Source of the DNA: Naegleria gruberi
Lineage: Eukaryota
Strand: one strand, 5' to 3'
DNA length: 64,000 bases
NCBI GenBank assembly: GCA_000004985.1
Contig: GG738845.1
A program made the translations under genes and the position numbers. Positions 10,687-20,120 of this stretch are shown here, in pieces. Under the pieces are notes generated by a model. The model did no database searches, was not told where the DNA came from, and saw nothing but the letters and a program-made list of their open reading frames with translations. Every line of letters starts with the position of its first letter. The stretch's first letter is position 1.

Positions 10687-13600
10687 TTAAACATCTTCCC
10701 ATTCGCCCATTATTTCATCATCTTCAAATTCATCTGCAATTTCAAGACCACTTGTTGTATTTCCTAAAAAGAATACAATTTGAAATGCATACTTGTTAAA
10801 GTATTTTCCACTTTGTTCTATTATTGTTGGTTTGTAAAATGATGGATTCAGCAAATCACAAAATTCCTCTGAATCAAAATAAAGCGACGTTCCACTTTTA
10901 CGTTCTTGATAATTCTTCAATTCAATTCTATTATACTTTCTAATTTGAATACTTTCTCTATCAAATGATTCATTTGCAATTAAATATTTAATTTTAAAAA
11001 TGTCAGTGGATTTAAACACTTCTAATAGATCAATAGAAAATAATCCACTTTTTCTTGATATAGGTGTCAGGTAGATATTAATATTATTTCCAAATACGTT
11101 AAAGAGATTGGAGGAGAAATTGTAATCCTCCAATACTTCAAGTGGAGTGAGAATAGAAATATTATGATGACTCATTGGTATATTCTTGGATAATTGTCTA
11201 TCAATCCATGGATGTACTCCATAGAGTGGTGATGCTGAACTCATTGAGAGAGTATTATTTAAAGATGGTGATTTCTCCAATAACTTCATACATACAACAA
11301 TCTTGTAGTCATAAGCATCATTTTTGAATTCTGTGGAGAGAATGGAAAAATGATTTTGTGAAATATTATCCAAGGCATGCTGAAATTTGTGGGAGTGTAC
11401 AGAGTAATGATTTGAATAGTAATAAGGGAAAAAAGCAACATCAACTCTCAAATATTCCAATACTGAGGAAGAATCATCTTCATGTTGTGTCGATTGTAAA
11501 TATAATGAACATGTTGCCAATGTATTATCTTCTCCACTATGAATAGTCATAAACCAATTAAATCCAAATGCTTTGAAAGTTTCAGAATGAACCTTTTTGT
11601 ACATTTCCCATTTGATTGGTTTTGAAATTTCAATACATGTTGTGAATGTATTCTCTCCTTTCCAACAATCAGGTATTGGAGTATATTGTGGAATGACATT
11701 ATTTATACCAGTACCACCCTCGCCAGTGTATAGAAAATTATTGTTATATGCCTTAGCAACCATCAACCCAAAAGGTCTACTCAAAGTAGAGAACCTTGTA
11801 TTACTTGTAAACTGAGAGATACTGTCATGTGAAAATGATTGATGTAGATTAATCTTATTTTCTAGACATTTCTTCATAAATTTATCAACATATTTTTTAA
11901 CACCAGATAAATCTAATAAATCCTCAGCAATTCTTGCAAAATGCTTAGCAATAATGTGTGGAACATTAAAATCCAATAAAATACTCAATGCTAAAAAGGT
12001 ATCCACTGTTGAATTCAATGCAATGAATACTGGAAGTGCCTTAGATAGAGAATAGATTAATGCTTCTCTATCAAATGCGAAATTACCATTCTCAATCTTG
12101 TTGGCGAAATATTTTAACAATTTTGTAAAGGACGATCCGTTCATATAGTCAAAGCTAAATACTGATTGTAAAGTATAGCATAATATAGTGAATCTATATT
12201 CATCTTTGATGGGTAAATCCAACAAGCGACTCATATATAAATTCAATTCCACTAATTTTCTCTCCTTCAATAGATTTGGAATAAGAGTTGCATTCAATTC
12301 TTCAAAGAGATGATTGGCACTCTCTACTTTGATACTCTGTAAATTTTCAGTAATAGTTTTGAGAGCACGTTCCATATTGAATTTTCTTTCCTTAATCTTG
12401 GTACAGAAAAAGTGAAAATCTCTTTCATGTTCCAACAATGAGATTTCATTGATATCCCTGAATTGAGGACAATCCACTAAAAGTAATAATGTTAATTGTT
12501 TCATGGATTTAAATGTAGAGAGTAATTGATTGGTGAGTTGAGAACAACCGTTAAAATAGATGGATTCAATAGGAGAATCATTAGTACATAATTCATTCAC
12601 AATTTCATCTTGAATGGATGATTGTTTCAATTTTAAAACTCTTAATTGAGTTAATGATTGAATATTCTTAACAAATCCCATTTCAGATCCTGAAGGATTT
12701 TCAAAAGATGAAATTGACAAGGTATATATTCTAAGTGGAAGTATCAAATGATTTGGAAATGGAACTGACATGTCTAAAATATTCAGTGTCTCTAGAGTTG
12801 TAAACTCTAATAGACTGATGGCATGATCATATACCATTGATAAATTTCTAAGTTTCTTCTTATTGGTTAGTTTCTTTACAATTTCAGATGTGATCAAATT
12901 ACCAGTGATTGATTCAAGATGAGGTAAAGGAACAATCACCTTTTCTAAATTGTGATTTTCTATCGATGCATCCAAGTGAAGTGATTTAACATTTTGACAT
13001 TTGGAAAGGAATTCAAAATTCATTTGATTTTCAAATCCAGTCACTGAAAGTTCTTTGAGGGACCTTCCAACAAGTACTGGAAGTAAAATGCCTGCTCCTT
13101 CCACTAAATCACAGGATACACTTTCTAAACGATTAAAACTTGAGGTGTCGGAAAGTTTCTTAATTAAATCTTTTGAAAATGAAACTCTTGTCATGAATAA
13201 TAGCTTTAGTTTGTTTAAATTTGGTAAAGAACAAATTGCCTCTAATAATGAATTATTATTTTTGGTAGATTCTATTCCAACAATAAATAAACTCAAATCT
13301 GTCAAATGTTCAACAATTTTTCCAAAAGCATTATTTGGAACAGTTATATCTGCTCTAACAAATAAAGAAAGTGATTTCAACTTGAGAGGTTCCTTAAAAG
13401 TAGTGAAAATTGAATTAGTTAACTGAACATCAGGTATCTCTGGATACATGAAATGGAACGAAGAAAGTTTAGGTAAATTTTTCATTAAAAATTGTGCATT
13501 CTTTTCTGAAACACCTCTCAAACGTAATTCCATTAAATTTGGGCATTGGTTTGGAATGTTTTTTAAAACTGCTGTTGGTAATATGTAATCAACTACTAAC

Positions 13601-14169
13601 TTCTCCAATTTTGAAGGAAATGTTACCTTGATATCCACTGAAATACCATTTCCTATTAAAGTTAATTGTTTCAAATTGGAAAATGATGAAAGTGAAAGGT
13701 TTTCAATATGAAAATCAAAACCACACATCAACAACTCTTCAAGACTATTCACCATTTGAAGCTTTTCATCAATGGCATCTTGTAAAAAGAATCCAGAAAA
13801 GGCATCACACGCCAACAAATCAAGCTTTCTAATTTTACAATTTAAAGATCGGAGAATTTTAAAGAATGATAAATCATCAATTTCTTCTCTAGCCTGAATT
13901 TCATCATTATCAATACTTTCTCTACTATTAATTTCTTGTAAATTTACTAATTTTGATAGATAATACTTGTTAATATTTTCCAATTGACCAGCTTTAACTC
14001 GGTAGGGAAGAATATACGAAGTTTTGTGGGTAATCCAATAATTCCAAATTAATTTGTTAAAATTATGATTGGTAGACTTGAGAGCGATTAAATGATGTTG
14101 TGGAATGAAGGGAAGGAGATGATCAAACAAGACTTCATTGGGAATATCCGAGAGGTGAATGTTGATCAT
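10687..14169 (-). CDS. F-box / leucine-rich-repeat protein (1160 aa) with a C-terminal region containing a possible MATH/TRAF-like domain.
   Basis: ATG at 14169-14167. N-terminal F-box-like motif IHLSDIPNEVLFDHLLPFIPQHHLIALKSTNHNFNKLIWNYW. The central ~400 aa is a long run of L-x-x-L-x-L LRR-like units (LKSLHLD, LRNLSMV, LRVLKLK ...). The C-terminal segment HSETFKAFGFNWFMTIHSGEDNTLATCSLYLQST resembles a MATH core (S..F..GG..W.l.lyP.G....lSlyL); this last call is tentative. Confidence 0.7.
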   Translation of the reverse strand: MINIHLSDIPNEVLFDHLLPFIPQHHLIALKSTNHNFNKLIWNYWITHKTSYILPYRVKAGQLENINKYYLSKLVNLQEINSRESIDNDEIQAREEIDDLSFFKILRSLNCKIRKLDLLACDAFSGFFLQDAIDEKLQMVNSLEELLMCGFDFHIENLSLSSFSNLKQLTLIGNGISVDIKVTFPSKLEKLVVDYILPTAVLKNIPNQCPNLMELRLRGVSEKNAQFLMKNLPKLSSFHFMYPEIPDVQLTNSIFTTFKEPLKLKSLSLFVRADITVPNNAFGKIVEHLTDLSLFIVGIESTKNNNSLLEAICSLPNLNKLKLLFMTRVSFSKDLIKKLSDTSSFNRLESVSCDLVEGAGILLPVLVGRSLKELSVTGFENQMNFEFLSKCQNVKSLHLDASIENHNLEKVIVPLPHLESITGNLITSEIVKKLTNKKKLRNLSMVYDHAISLLEFTTLETLNILDMSVPFPNHLILPLRIYTLSISSFENPSGSEMGFVKNIQSLTQLRVLKLKQSSIQDEIVNELCTNDSPIESIYFNGCSQLTNQLLSTFKSMKQLTLLLLVDCPQFRDINEISLLEHERDFHFFCTKIKERKFNMERALKTITENLQSIKVESANHLFEELNATLIPNLLKERKLVELNLYMSRLLDLPIKDEYRFTILCYTLQSVFSFDYMNGSSFTKLLKYFANKIENGNFAFDREALIYSLSKALPVFIALNSTVDTFLALSILLDFNVPHIIAKHFARIAEDLLDLSGVKKYVDKFMKKCLENKINLHQSFSHDSISQFTSNTRFSTLSRPFGLMVAKAYNNNFLYTGEGGTGINNVIPQYTPIPDCWKGENTFTTCIEISKPIKWEMYKKVHSETFKAFGFNWFMTIHSGEDNTLATCSLYLQSTQHEDDSSSVLEYLRVDVAFFPYYYSNHYSVHSHKFQHALDNISQNHFSILSTEFKNDAYDYKIVVCMKLLEKSPSLNNTLSMSSASPLYGVHPWIDRQLSKNIPMSHHNISILTPLEVLEDYNFSSNLFNVFGNNINIYLTPISRKSGLFSIDLLEVFKSTDIFKIKYLIANESFDRESIQIRKYNRIELKNYQERKSGTSLYFDSEEFCDLLNPSFYKPTIIEQSGKYFNKYAFQIVFFLGNTTSGLEIADEFEDDEIMGEWEDV

Positions 14170-14816
14170 TTTTTTTAAAGGCTTTTCTGAATTTCCTGTT
14201 TTTACCCGATTTTAGATTTTACAACAACAATAAAAATTCAAGAAATGGGTCTTTGATCCCGTGCTGATTTTTCTACACTACCCAACAAGTGCTTCGTCAA
14301 TTGGAATACACTCTTCTAGTACTACTATTTAAACCACTAATAAACATCATATTATTCATCAAATATTTGTCATCATGTCAATTTACCATTGGCAAATCTG
14401 ATACCAGTGTTGATTTTCAGCCCGATATCAAATTATTGAACAATAAAACAATCGAAGTGTAAAGTATACAAACTCCACCCCACACACTTATTTTGATGTG
14501 AATTCACATATTGGTGACTTTAATATTTATATGTTAGAAACTTTGCTTATAAACTGGCTGAATCTAGACTCATAATAGAAGTAGTACATTGATTACTAAT
14601 AACATCATCACAAGTTTAAGATAGTTATCTTTTCGTTGAGTATGAATTGAATTATTAATGTAGTAAATTGACAGAATACTTTGATTTGCCTATGAATTGG
14701 ATTTGTTATTTCCTATTCTGAAATCTTGTTATCATGGTCAATATTTTCTAAATGAAGATTCAGTGTTACATTATCAATTTTCTCTCTGAAGTGCGCAATT
14801 CAATTCGTCAATTATA

Positions 14817-15791
14817 ATGAAATGGGCTGAGACATTACAATTTTCAAAAAAAATGTTAAACGACTCAGTTTCGGTTGTCTTGGACGAAACTATTGAAAGC
14901 AAATTACTGCAAGGAAAATCCATCCACAAATTTATCCCATTCAAGTCATTCGAGAAGATCAAAAGTTATTCATTGGCAGAGATGAATACTCCAGAAACAA
15001 TTGTGATTTACAATGGAAAGATCATTATTGGTGATACTTACAATAACAATTTGGTGACGATTGACATGATTGAAGGTGAAAAGAAAGTTATTGAATTTAA
15101 CGATTCTCCATTCCACCCTTTCCAGATTTATATCGAGAATGGATATAAAAAGGATGGAAAGCAAAGTTATGGATCTGCATTGATATTCTATTGTTTCACT
15201 CAAGGTGTTCAAAAACATGACATGAGGGATGTGTTAAATGAGTGGAATTCATCAAAAGCTATTTGGAAGTTGAATGTGTCATTTGGTTGCATGATCATTG
15301 ATAAAACGAGGGGTGCAATTCATGTGTTTCCAAAGTATGAGTTCTTGTCTGCCTATGTTCCAGTTGTATTTCCTGAAAATACATCCTTTGATCTGGAAAC
15401 TGGAGTAAAATTGAGTGATAACTTCAAGATCAATAGAGAAACATTCACATTTCCAGTATTTGGACCAGATAACTCTGTATTGATTCATGACGGAAATACT
15501 ATTGAGAAATTAATATTGAAAGATGGAGAGTATTCTGATAAGGATATTGGTTTCAGATCTTTGAAGAAAGAAGGAGTGTATAGATTGTATTATGATAACG
15601 AGTTGACTGGACTGTTATTTGTGATTGGAAAGGATTATATTTCTGTATTGGATACTAATCTCATTGAAAAGTATTCTTACCCAATTGATTTTGTTTGCAC
15701 ACAAATAGCTGTCAATAAGGAAACAAGTGAACTATTTGTTTTGAGTGCCAATAACAAGATTTTACATGTTTACAAAATACATACTGATTAA
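14817..15791 (+). CDS. Hypothetical protein (324 aa).
   Basis: ATG at 14817. Single ORF with coding-like composition. No motif recognised. Confidence 0.45.
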   Translation: MKWAETLQFSKKMLNDSVSVVLDETIESKLLQGKSIHKFIPFKSFEKIKSYSLAEMNTPETIVIYNGKIIIGDTYNNNLVTIDMIEGEKKVIEFNDSPFHPFQIYIENGYKKDGKQSYGSALIFYCFTQGVQKHDMRDVLNEWNSSKAIWKLNVSFGCMIIDKTRGAIHVFPKYEFLSAYVPVVFPENTSFDLETGVKLSDNFKINRETFTFPVFGPDNSVLIHDGNTIEKLILKDGEYSDKDIGFRSLKKEGVYRLYYDNELTGLLFVIGKDYISVLDTNLIEKYSYPIDFVCTQIAVNKETSELFVLSANNKILHVYKIHTD

Positions 15792-15858
15792 AGACGCACT
15801 ACTAAACAAATTTATAAATTTAATTGATTTCTCATTAAGAATAGGATTTTTTGCTAAA

Positions 15859-16850
15859 CTAATCCTTTACAATATTAATCCTTAACAAGTGTTCAACTGT
15901 TTCTCTAATCATTACATTATTACCAATGAATTCAGTTAAACCCAATTCTCGTTTAATCTTCTTATTCGAATAATAAGATGGCTTTCCAAGATTACTATTA
16001 ATACCTTGTCTAATTCCTTTTGGTTGAAATAGAGCTATTCCCTTCACTAATAGACTTCCAAGTGCTCCTTCCAAAGATAATGTTGGTAATTTTTTGAGAA
16101 AGTTTCTTTCTGGGAATTCCTTCTTGATTATTTCACATACTTGTCTTATTGAAATAGTTTCATCTCCACATGAAATGAAACGTTCTCCTTTGGATGGTAA
16201 AAATCTAAGTTGATTGTCCATGTCCAGTTCCATGCATTTCACATGTGAAAGAGCAACGTCTTTAACATCTACAAATGTCATGTGCATGTCAATTAGTGCT
16301 GGCTGGCATTTCGCCATTGAGAATTTTAGCTAAAATGTCATGGGATTGGTTGACTTGTTGTGGAAGAATTGGCTTACCAATTACACCACTTGGACAAATA
16401 GTTGCCATTTCAATGAAATCTTCTCCATGTTTAGTTTGCATTTCTTTCATCAACTTCCAAGGCTCTCTGAAGTGACTTTCGAATAAAAATAAGGATTTCT
16501 ATCCACAGTTGACAATTCATTCCAATCATCCTCAGTATAAATCTTATCCTTCTCTGCTGTATCACATATAGCAACAATGGATGAAGTAATAATGATCCTT
16601 TGCAGTCTATTGTGATCTTGAGATGATTGTTCTAATCTGAGCTTGATACATTCATTCAGAATATTCAACGTTCCTTTCACAGCTGGATCCACCAACTCTA
16701 GCTGTGGATCCTTCACAGTTAACTTGTATGGACTAGCAACGTGATGTACAAATCGACATCCCTTATTTTGATTGTAATTAGTGCGCTGTTCAACTCAATT
16801 GAAGTGCTCATATGGAAGTTATCACTTGTTTGTAAAATGGTGTTTATTAA
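15859..16850 (-). pseudogene. Decayed NAD(P)-dependent epimerase/dehydratase gene, cinnamoyl-CoA reductase / dihydroflavonol reductase-like. N-terminal Rossmann exon missing; two compensating frameshifts.
   Basis: ORF pieces 16450-16716 and 15859-16317 share a frame. Their products (CRFVHHVASPYKLTVKDPQLELVDPAVKGTLNILNEC ... YFYSKVTSE and ALIDMHMTFVDVKDVALSHV ... KIKRELGLTEFI ... ETVEHL) align to CCR/DFR-type reductases (DPQAELIDPAVKGTLNVL; WYVLSK; NVKDVANAHI). The intervening ~130 nt encodes the homologous stretch EPWKLMKEMQTKHGEDFIEMATICPSGVIGKPILPQQVNQSHDILAKILNGEMP in a different frame. Entry is by a +2 slip at TCAGAGAGCC (~16450) and exit by a 1-nt slip at GCCAGCCAGC (~16312). Upstream, the frame closes at a TGA after only ~40 codons, with no GxGxxG exon before the neighbouring gene ends at 16847. 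Confidence 0.55.
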
Positions 16851-18132
16851 TTGATTACCAATAAAATTACAACAAAGGTAATTGTGAATAAATAGCTCCA
16901 AATGGTAGCTGCTTGTGATGTTCTTGAAATATCAACATTAATTGATTTGGTATCTGAAAGTGTTTGATAAGTTGCCTTAAGAGAGGCTGAAGATGCAGCT
17001 GTTGCTGACAACTGAACTGAGAAGGAAGCAACACCTTCACTTGCCACTTTAGATTTATCACCAGTTATTGTAATACCAGATGATCCTACCATTTCCAAAG
17101 TGATAGTTCCTGAACCTGATTTGAGAGTATTTCCACTCGAATCCAACATTGAGACAGTTGCAGTGAATGCTGCACCACTATTCACAGAGGATGGAAGTGA
17201 GAGTTTGATACTGGAAGGTTGGGTTGGGTGACTGTGGTGGAGGTTTCACATTTACTACCAGTGTATCCTGAGAAGCATGTACACAAATCTTGACCACTAC
17301 ATGTTCCTTTACTGACAGTAGTACTGGAAGGTGCAATGCCATAACAAGTGAATTGAGATTGAGTGGCAGTCACTGTAAACTCAGCAGATGTCAATGAAGG
17401 AGCAGACATAAATTGGGTATTGATAGAAGCGAATAATTTAACAGTACCAGAGCTTGGTGCAGTGATTTCTGGACCTTTCATAATACCATTAGAAGCCATG
17501 GAAGAGTGTAAAGAACCAGGGTAGGTTAGATCAATTAAATAATTTCTTGGAACAACATTTCCATCACTATCGACAATTCTAACTTCAGGTGTGAATTTGG
17601 ATCCAGCCACAACAAGTGAAGGAGCAATAATAAGCAATTTTGAAGCAGATTTGGAACAAGCGCAATAATTTTGTACATCAACTGAACAGGAGGTAATGCT
17701 ATTCTTACATGAGAGTTTGGTAGTGTAATCAGTGGTATCAAGAATTAAGGAATTAGAGGCACTGAAACATTCTCCAACATTGTACCTGGTTTGTTCTTTA
17801 GAAAATTCAGCCACCTTGACAGAGGTATCAGTGGATGTTGTTTCAATAATGTAGGTGTGGTAGTCACCTTTTGGTGAAACCAAGAGATCCATTGCACTGA
17901 CATAATAACCAGTTGGACATTTGGTAGGACATTTAACTTCAATTGAGAAGAGGAAGGATAAGGTTACACTTCCTCCACATCTAGGACAGGAACATGTGGC
18001 TTGGGATGCTCTCTTTTGAAATAAATTGACTGGTTGGGGAATGTTGGAAGTATCACTTGTGGCAACAGTCAACTCGTAAGCAAAAGTGAAGAGGAATAGA
18101 CAAATGAGTAAAATTATATTAGAAACTTTCAT
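16847..18132 (-). CDS. Secreted, probably GPI-anchored, adhesin-like protein with an EGF-like module and repeated beta-sandwich-like segments. The reading frame is interrupted at ~17183 by a frameshift or sequencing error.
   Basis: ORF 17182-18132 starts with ATG at 18132 and the signal peptide MKVSNIILLICLFLFTFAYELTVA, contains the EGF-like module GTCSGQDLCTCFSGYTGSKCE, and ends ...SNSHFHPL-stop. The adjacent ORF 16847-17185 has no ATG (the track M is GTG). It continues the same repeat type (SGAAFTATVSML vs SAEFTVTATQSQ) and ends in a hydrophobic, GPI-signal-like tail WSYLFTITFVVILLVIN. The 16-nt junction cannot be an intron. Confidence 0.5.
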
Positions 18133-18545
18133 TGTTGTTTTTTTAATACTTTCTCCAGGTGGCCAAGGTTTTCAGCAGCTTTTATTGAGTTTGCCTGAGT
18201 TGTGAATTCTGTGCGTCTTTCAACAACAATCAATATCCAATCATTTTAGTTCCGAAATCATTGTAAATTACATTCTCATATTTCAAATGTCATTGGGGTT
18301 ATTGTTTCTATTGGTAAGTTATGGTTGAGTTTGGTACTTTCAAATTTACAATGAATCTTGCCGTGCAGCAACTTTGAAATTAACAAGAACTGATGCTCTA
18401 ATGTTGTGGCTGATGAATCAGTTGTTTAAAGGCTTAATAACTTCAATGTCTCTTCAAATGTCTCCTTAATTAATGAAAATTTGATTCCTTGTATTTGGAT
18501 TATGATATGTGGTGACAATAATGACAATAATGAAAAAAAATTTCA

Positions 18546-18567
18546 TGAGTGTGGGACTGATAAAATT
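18546..18567 (-). repeat. Duplicated copy of the tRNA 3' terminus (TCCCACACTCATGA) immediately downstream of the tRNA, flanked by T-runs (TTTT and T8).
   Basis: On the minus strand the tRNA end ...TCCCACACTCATCA is followed by AATTTTATCAG, then TCCCACACTCATGA, then AATTTTTTTT. Both runs are read directly from the sequence. The T-runs look like Pol III terminators; the origin of the duplicate is unknown. Confidence 0.4.
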
Positions 18568-18658
18568 TGATGAGTGTGGGATTTGAACCCACGCCCTTGC
18601 GGAACACGGTATTAATCATACCTTAACGTGTCGTCTTAGACCACTCGACCAACTCACC
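18568..18658 (-). tRNA. tRNA-Leu (anticodon AAG) with an 11-nt intron at the canonical 37/38 position.
   Basis: Minus-strand sequence GGTGAGTTGGTCGAGTGGTCTAAGACGACACGTTAAGG[TATGATTAATA]CCGTGTTCCGCAAGGGCGTGGGTTCAAATCCCACACTCATCA. The acceptor stem is GGTGAGT/ACTCATC. The D-loop AGTGGTCTAAG is typical of class II tRNAs. The anticodon stem is ACACG/CGTGT with loop TTAAGG|C. There is a long variable arm, and the T-arm is GGGTTCAAATCCC. Without the intron it is collinear with human tRNA-Leu-AAG. The intron lies at about 18620-18610. Confidence 0.8.
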
Positions 18659-18773
18659 ATCTGTAAATTTTATAAATATTACTATTATGTTGATTTTTGA
18701 GGAGATATTTTTACGTTGGTCAAAAATGAAATTAAATATTACCGTATTAGAAAGTAGGCGGGAAGGTTTGAAA

Positions 18774-18820
18774 GAAGCAAGTTTTTTTGTGTGCAAATCC
18801 GTCACAAAAAAACTTGCTTC
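18774..18820. repeat. Perfect 18-bp inverted repeat (hairpin, 11-nt loop) in the spacer between the tRNA-Leu and the terpene synthase gene.
   Basis: GAAGCAAGTTTTTTTGTG (18774-18791), loop TGCAAATCCGT, then CACAAAAAAACTTGCTTC (18803-18820), which is the exact reverse complement. It lies ~115 bp upstream of the tRNA 5' end and ~130 bp upstream of the TPS ATG. Confidence 0.6.
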
Positions 18821-18950
18821 TGCAAACAGTGTGTAAAAATATTTGCATTAAGCTATTTTAACACGCGAACAGATAACTATATTTCACAACAAAAAAAAAC
18901 AACACAACCAAACAATAATATATTTCACACAACAAGAAAACACAACGAAA

Positions 18951-20120
18951 ATGCAAGCTCAAGTCAATTTTAATCAAATCAAGTCATCAATCTTTGTTCC
19001 TTTGGATAAGAAGAAATCTGATCAACATTGTTCTCTCCTTTTCAGCAATCTAATTGGTACTGCTTTACAATTCAGAGACAACAAGTACACATACTGTGGA
19101 TCATATGATCTTTCACAGTGGTTGGTTCTCTGCTTTAATACTATGGTCAAACAAGATGAGAAGTTATTTGCAGATATTGTTATCCCATTGGTAGCATATA
19201 TTTCGATTGTTGACGATGCATGTGATGAGAAGATTACAGACATCTCTATTGAAGAGATGAAATCACATTGCATGATATTTAGAGGTGAATCTGTACAAGC
19301 AACAAACCCAGCTCACAAGATGGGAAAACTCGTCTATAATTTGATCAAAGACAGTAGATTCGATGGAATTAGAGGAAAGATTTTAGAATTCTTGACCGTT
19401 GGAACCAATCTCATAGAGAAGGCAAAGAATGAATGCGAAAATAATGGACTTGTCTCTGAAGAAACCTTGCTTGCCTTTTTGAAAGAAAGAAGAGTCGACT
19501 CAATGTCCTCTCTTTTCTTTACTATTAATAATTTCTTTAATGACATTCCAGAGATCGATACATGCGATCACGTCATTGAATATAACCACTTGGCATGTGA
19601 CATTATCAGTTTGTTCAATGATGTTGCCTCAATCGCTAAAGATGCCAAGAAGGTTGTTAACAATTATATCATTTTGAATAAGGGCTTGAAAGAGGGCATG
19701 TCATACAGCCAACTTAAACAACTCCCAGTTGAAGCCTTTGATTCATCCCTCAATGAAGTATTGGAATTAATCAAAGAGAAATTGCAACAAATGGAAACAA
19801 TCAAATCCTCCAACCCAGACAACTCCAAACAATTTGAATCCATCGATGAAGTGATGAAAGGATATTGTACTTGGTGCATCATTTCAAAGAGATTCCAACA
19901 TTCTAACCACCTCCTTCCTGAATACCATTCCAAAAAATCAGTACTCAAGGCAATGATTGAAACTGTGTTAATGCCATTCCTCAAACCTTGGTCTGATAAT
20001 GATATGCTCACCTATCTTGATGATATTGAAAATTCCATGAAGAAATCCTCCTTTTCAAGCATATTGGACTCATTTGCCTACTCTATCGGAAAATTTTGCT
20101 CTTTTTCAATCACTAATTAA
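18951..20120 (+). CDS. Class I terpene synthase, microbial-type (trichodiene-synthase-like fold), 389 aa, intronless.
   Basis: ATG at 18951. Aspartate-rich motif IVDDACDE (DDxxD) at about aa 86-93. NSE/DTE-type second metal-binding motif FNDVASIAKD (N-D-x-x-S-x-x-x-D) about 135 aa downstream, the spacing expected for class I terpene cyclases. Size (~45 kDa) and alpha-helical composition are also consistent. Confidence 0.8.
   Translation: MQAQVNFNQIKSSIFVPLDKKKSDQHCSLLFSNLIGTALQFRDNKYTYCGSYDLSQWLVLCFNTMVKQDEKLFADIVIPLVAYISIVDDACDEKITDISIEEMKSHCMIFRGESVQATNPAHKMGKLVYNLIKDSRFDGIRGKILEFLTVGTNLIEKAKNECENNGLVSEETLLAFLKERRVDSMSSLFFTINNFFNDIPEIDTCDHVIEYNHLACDIISLFNDVASIAKDAKKVVNNYIILNKGLKEGMSYSQLKQLPVEAFDSSLNEVLELIKEKLQQMETIKSSNPDNSKQFESIDEVMKGYCTWCIISKRFQHSNHLLPEYHSKKSVLKAMIETVLMPFLKPWSDNDMLTYLDDIENSMKKSSFSSILDSFAYSIGKFCSFSITN

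Noticed and set aside
16275-16475. Plus-strand 66-aa ORF antisense to the reductase pseudogene, and minus-strand ORFs 16719-16901 and 16867-17061.
   Set aside because: They are frame-shifted shadows of the reductase remnant and the adhesin 3' end. They have no ATG context and show no similarity to known proteins.
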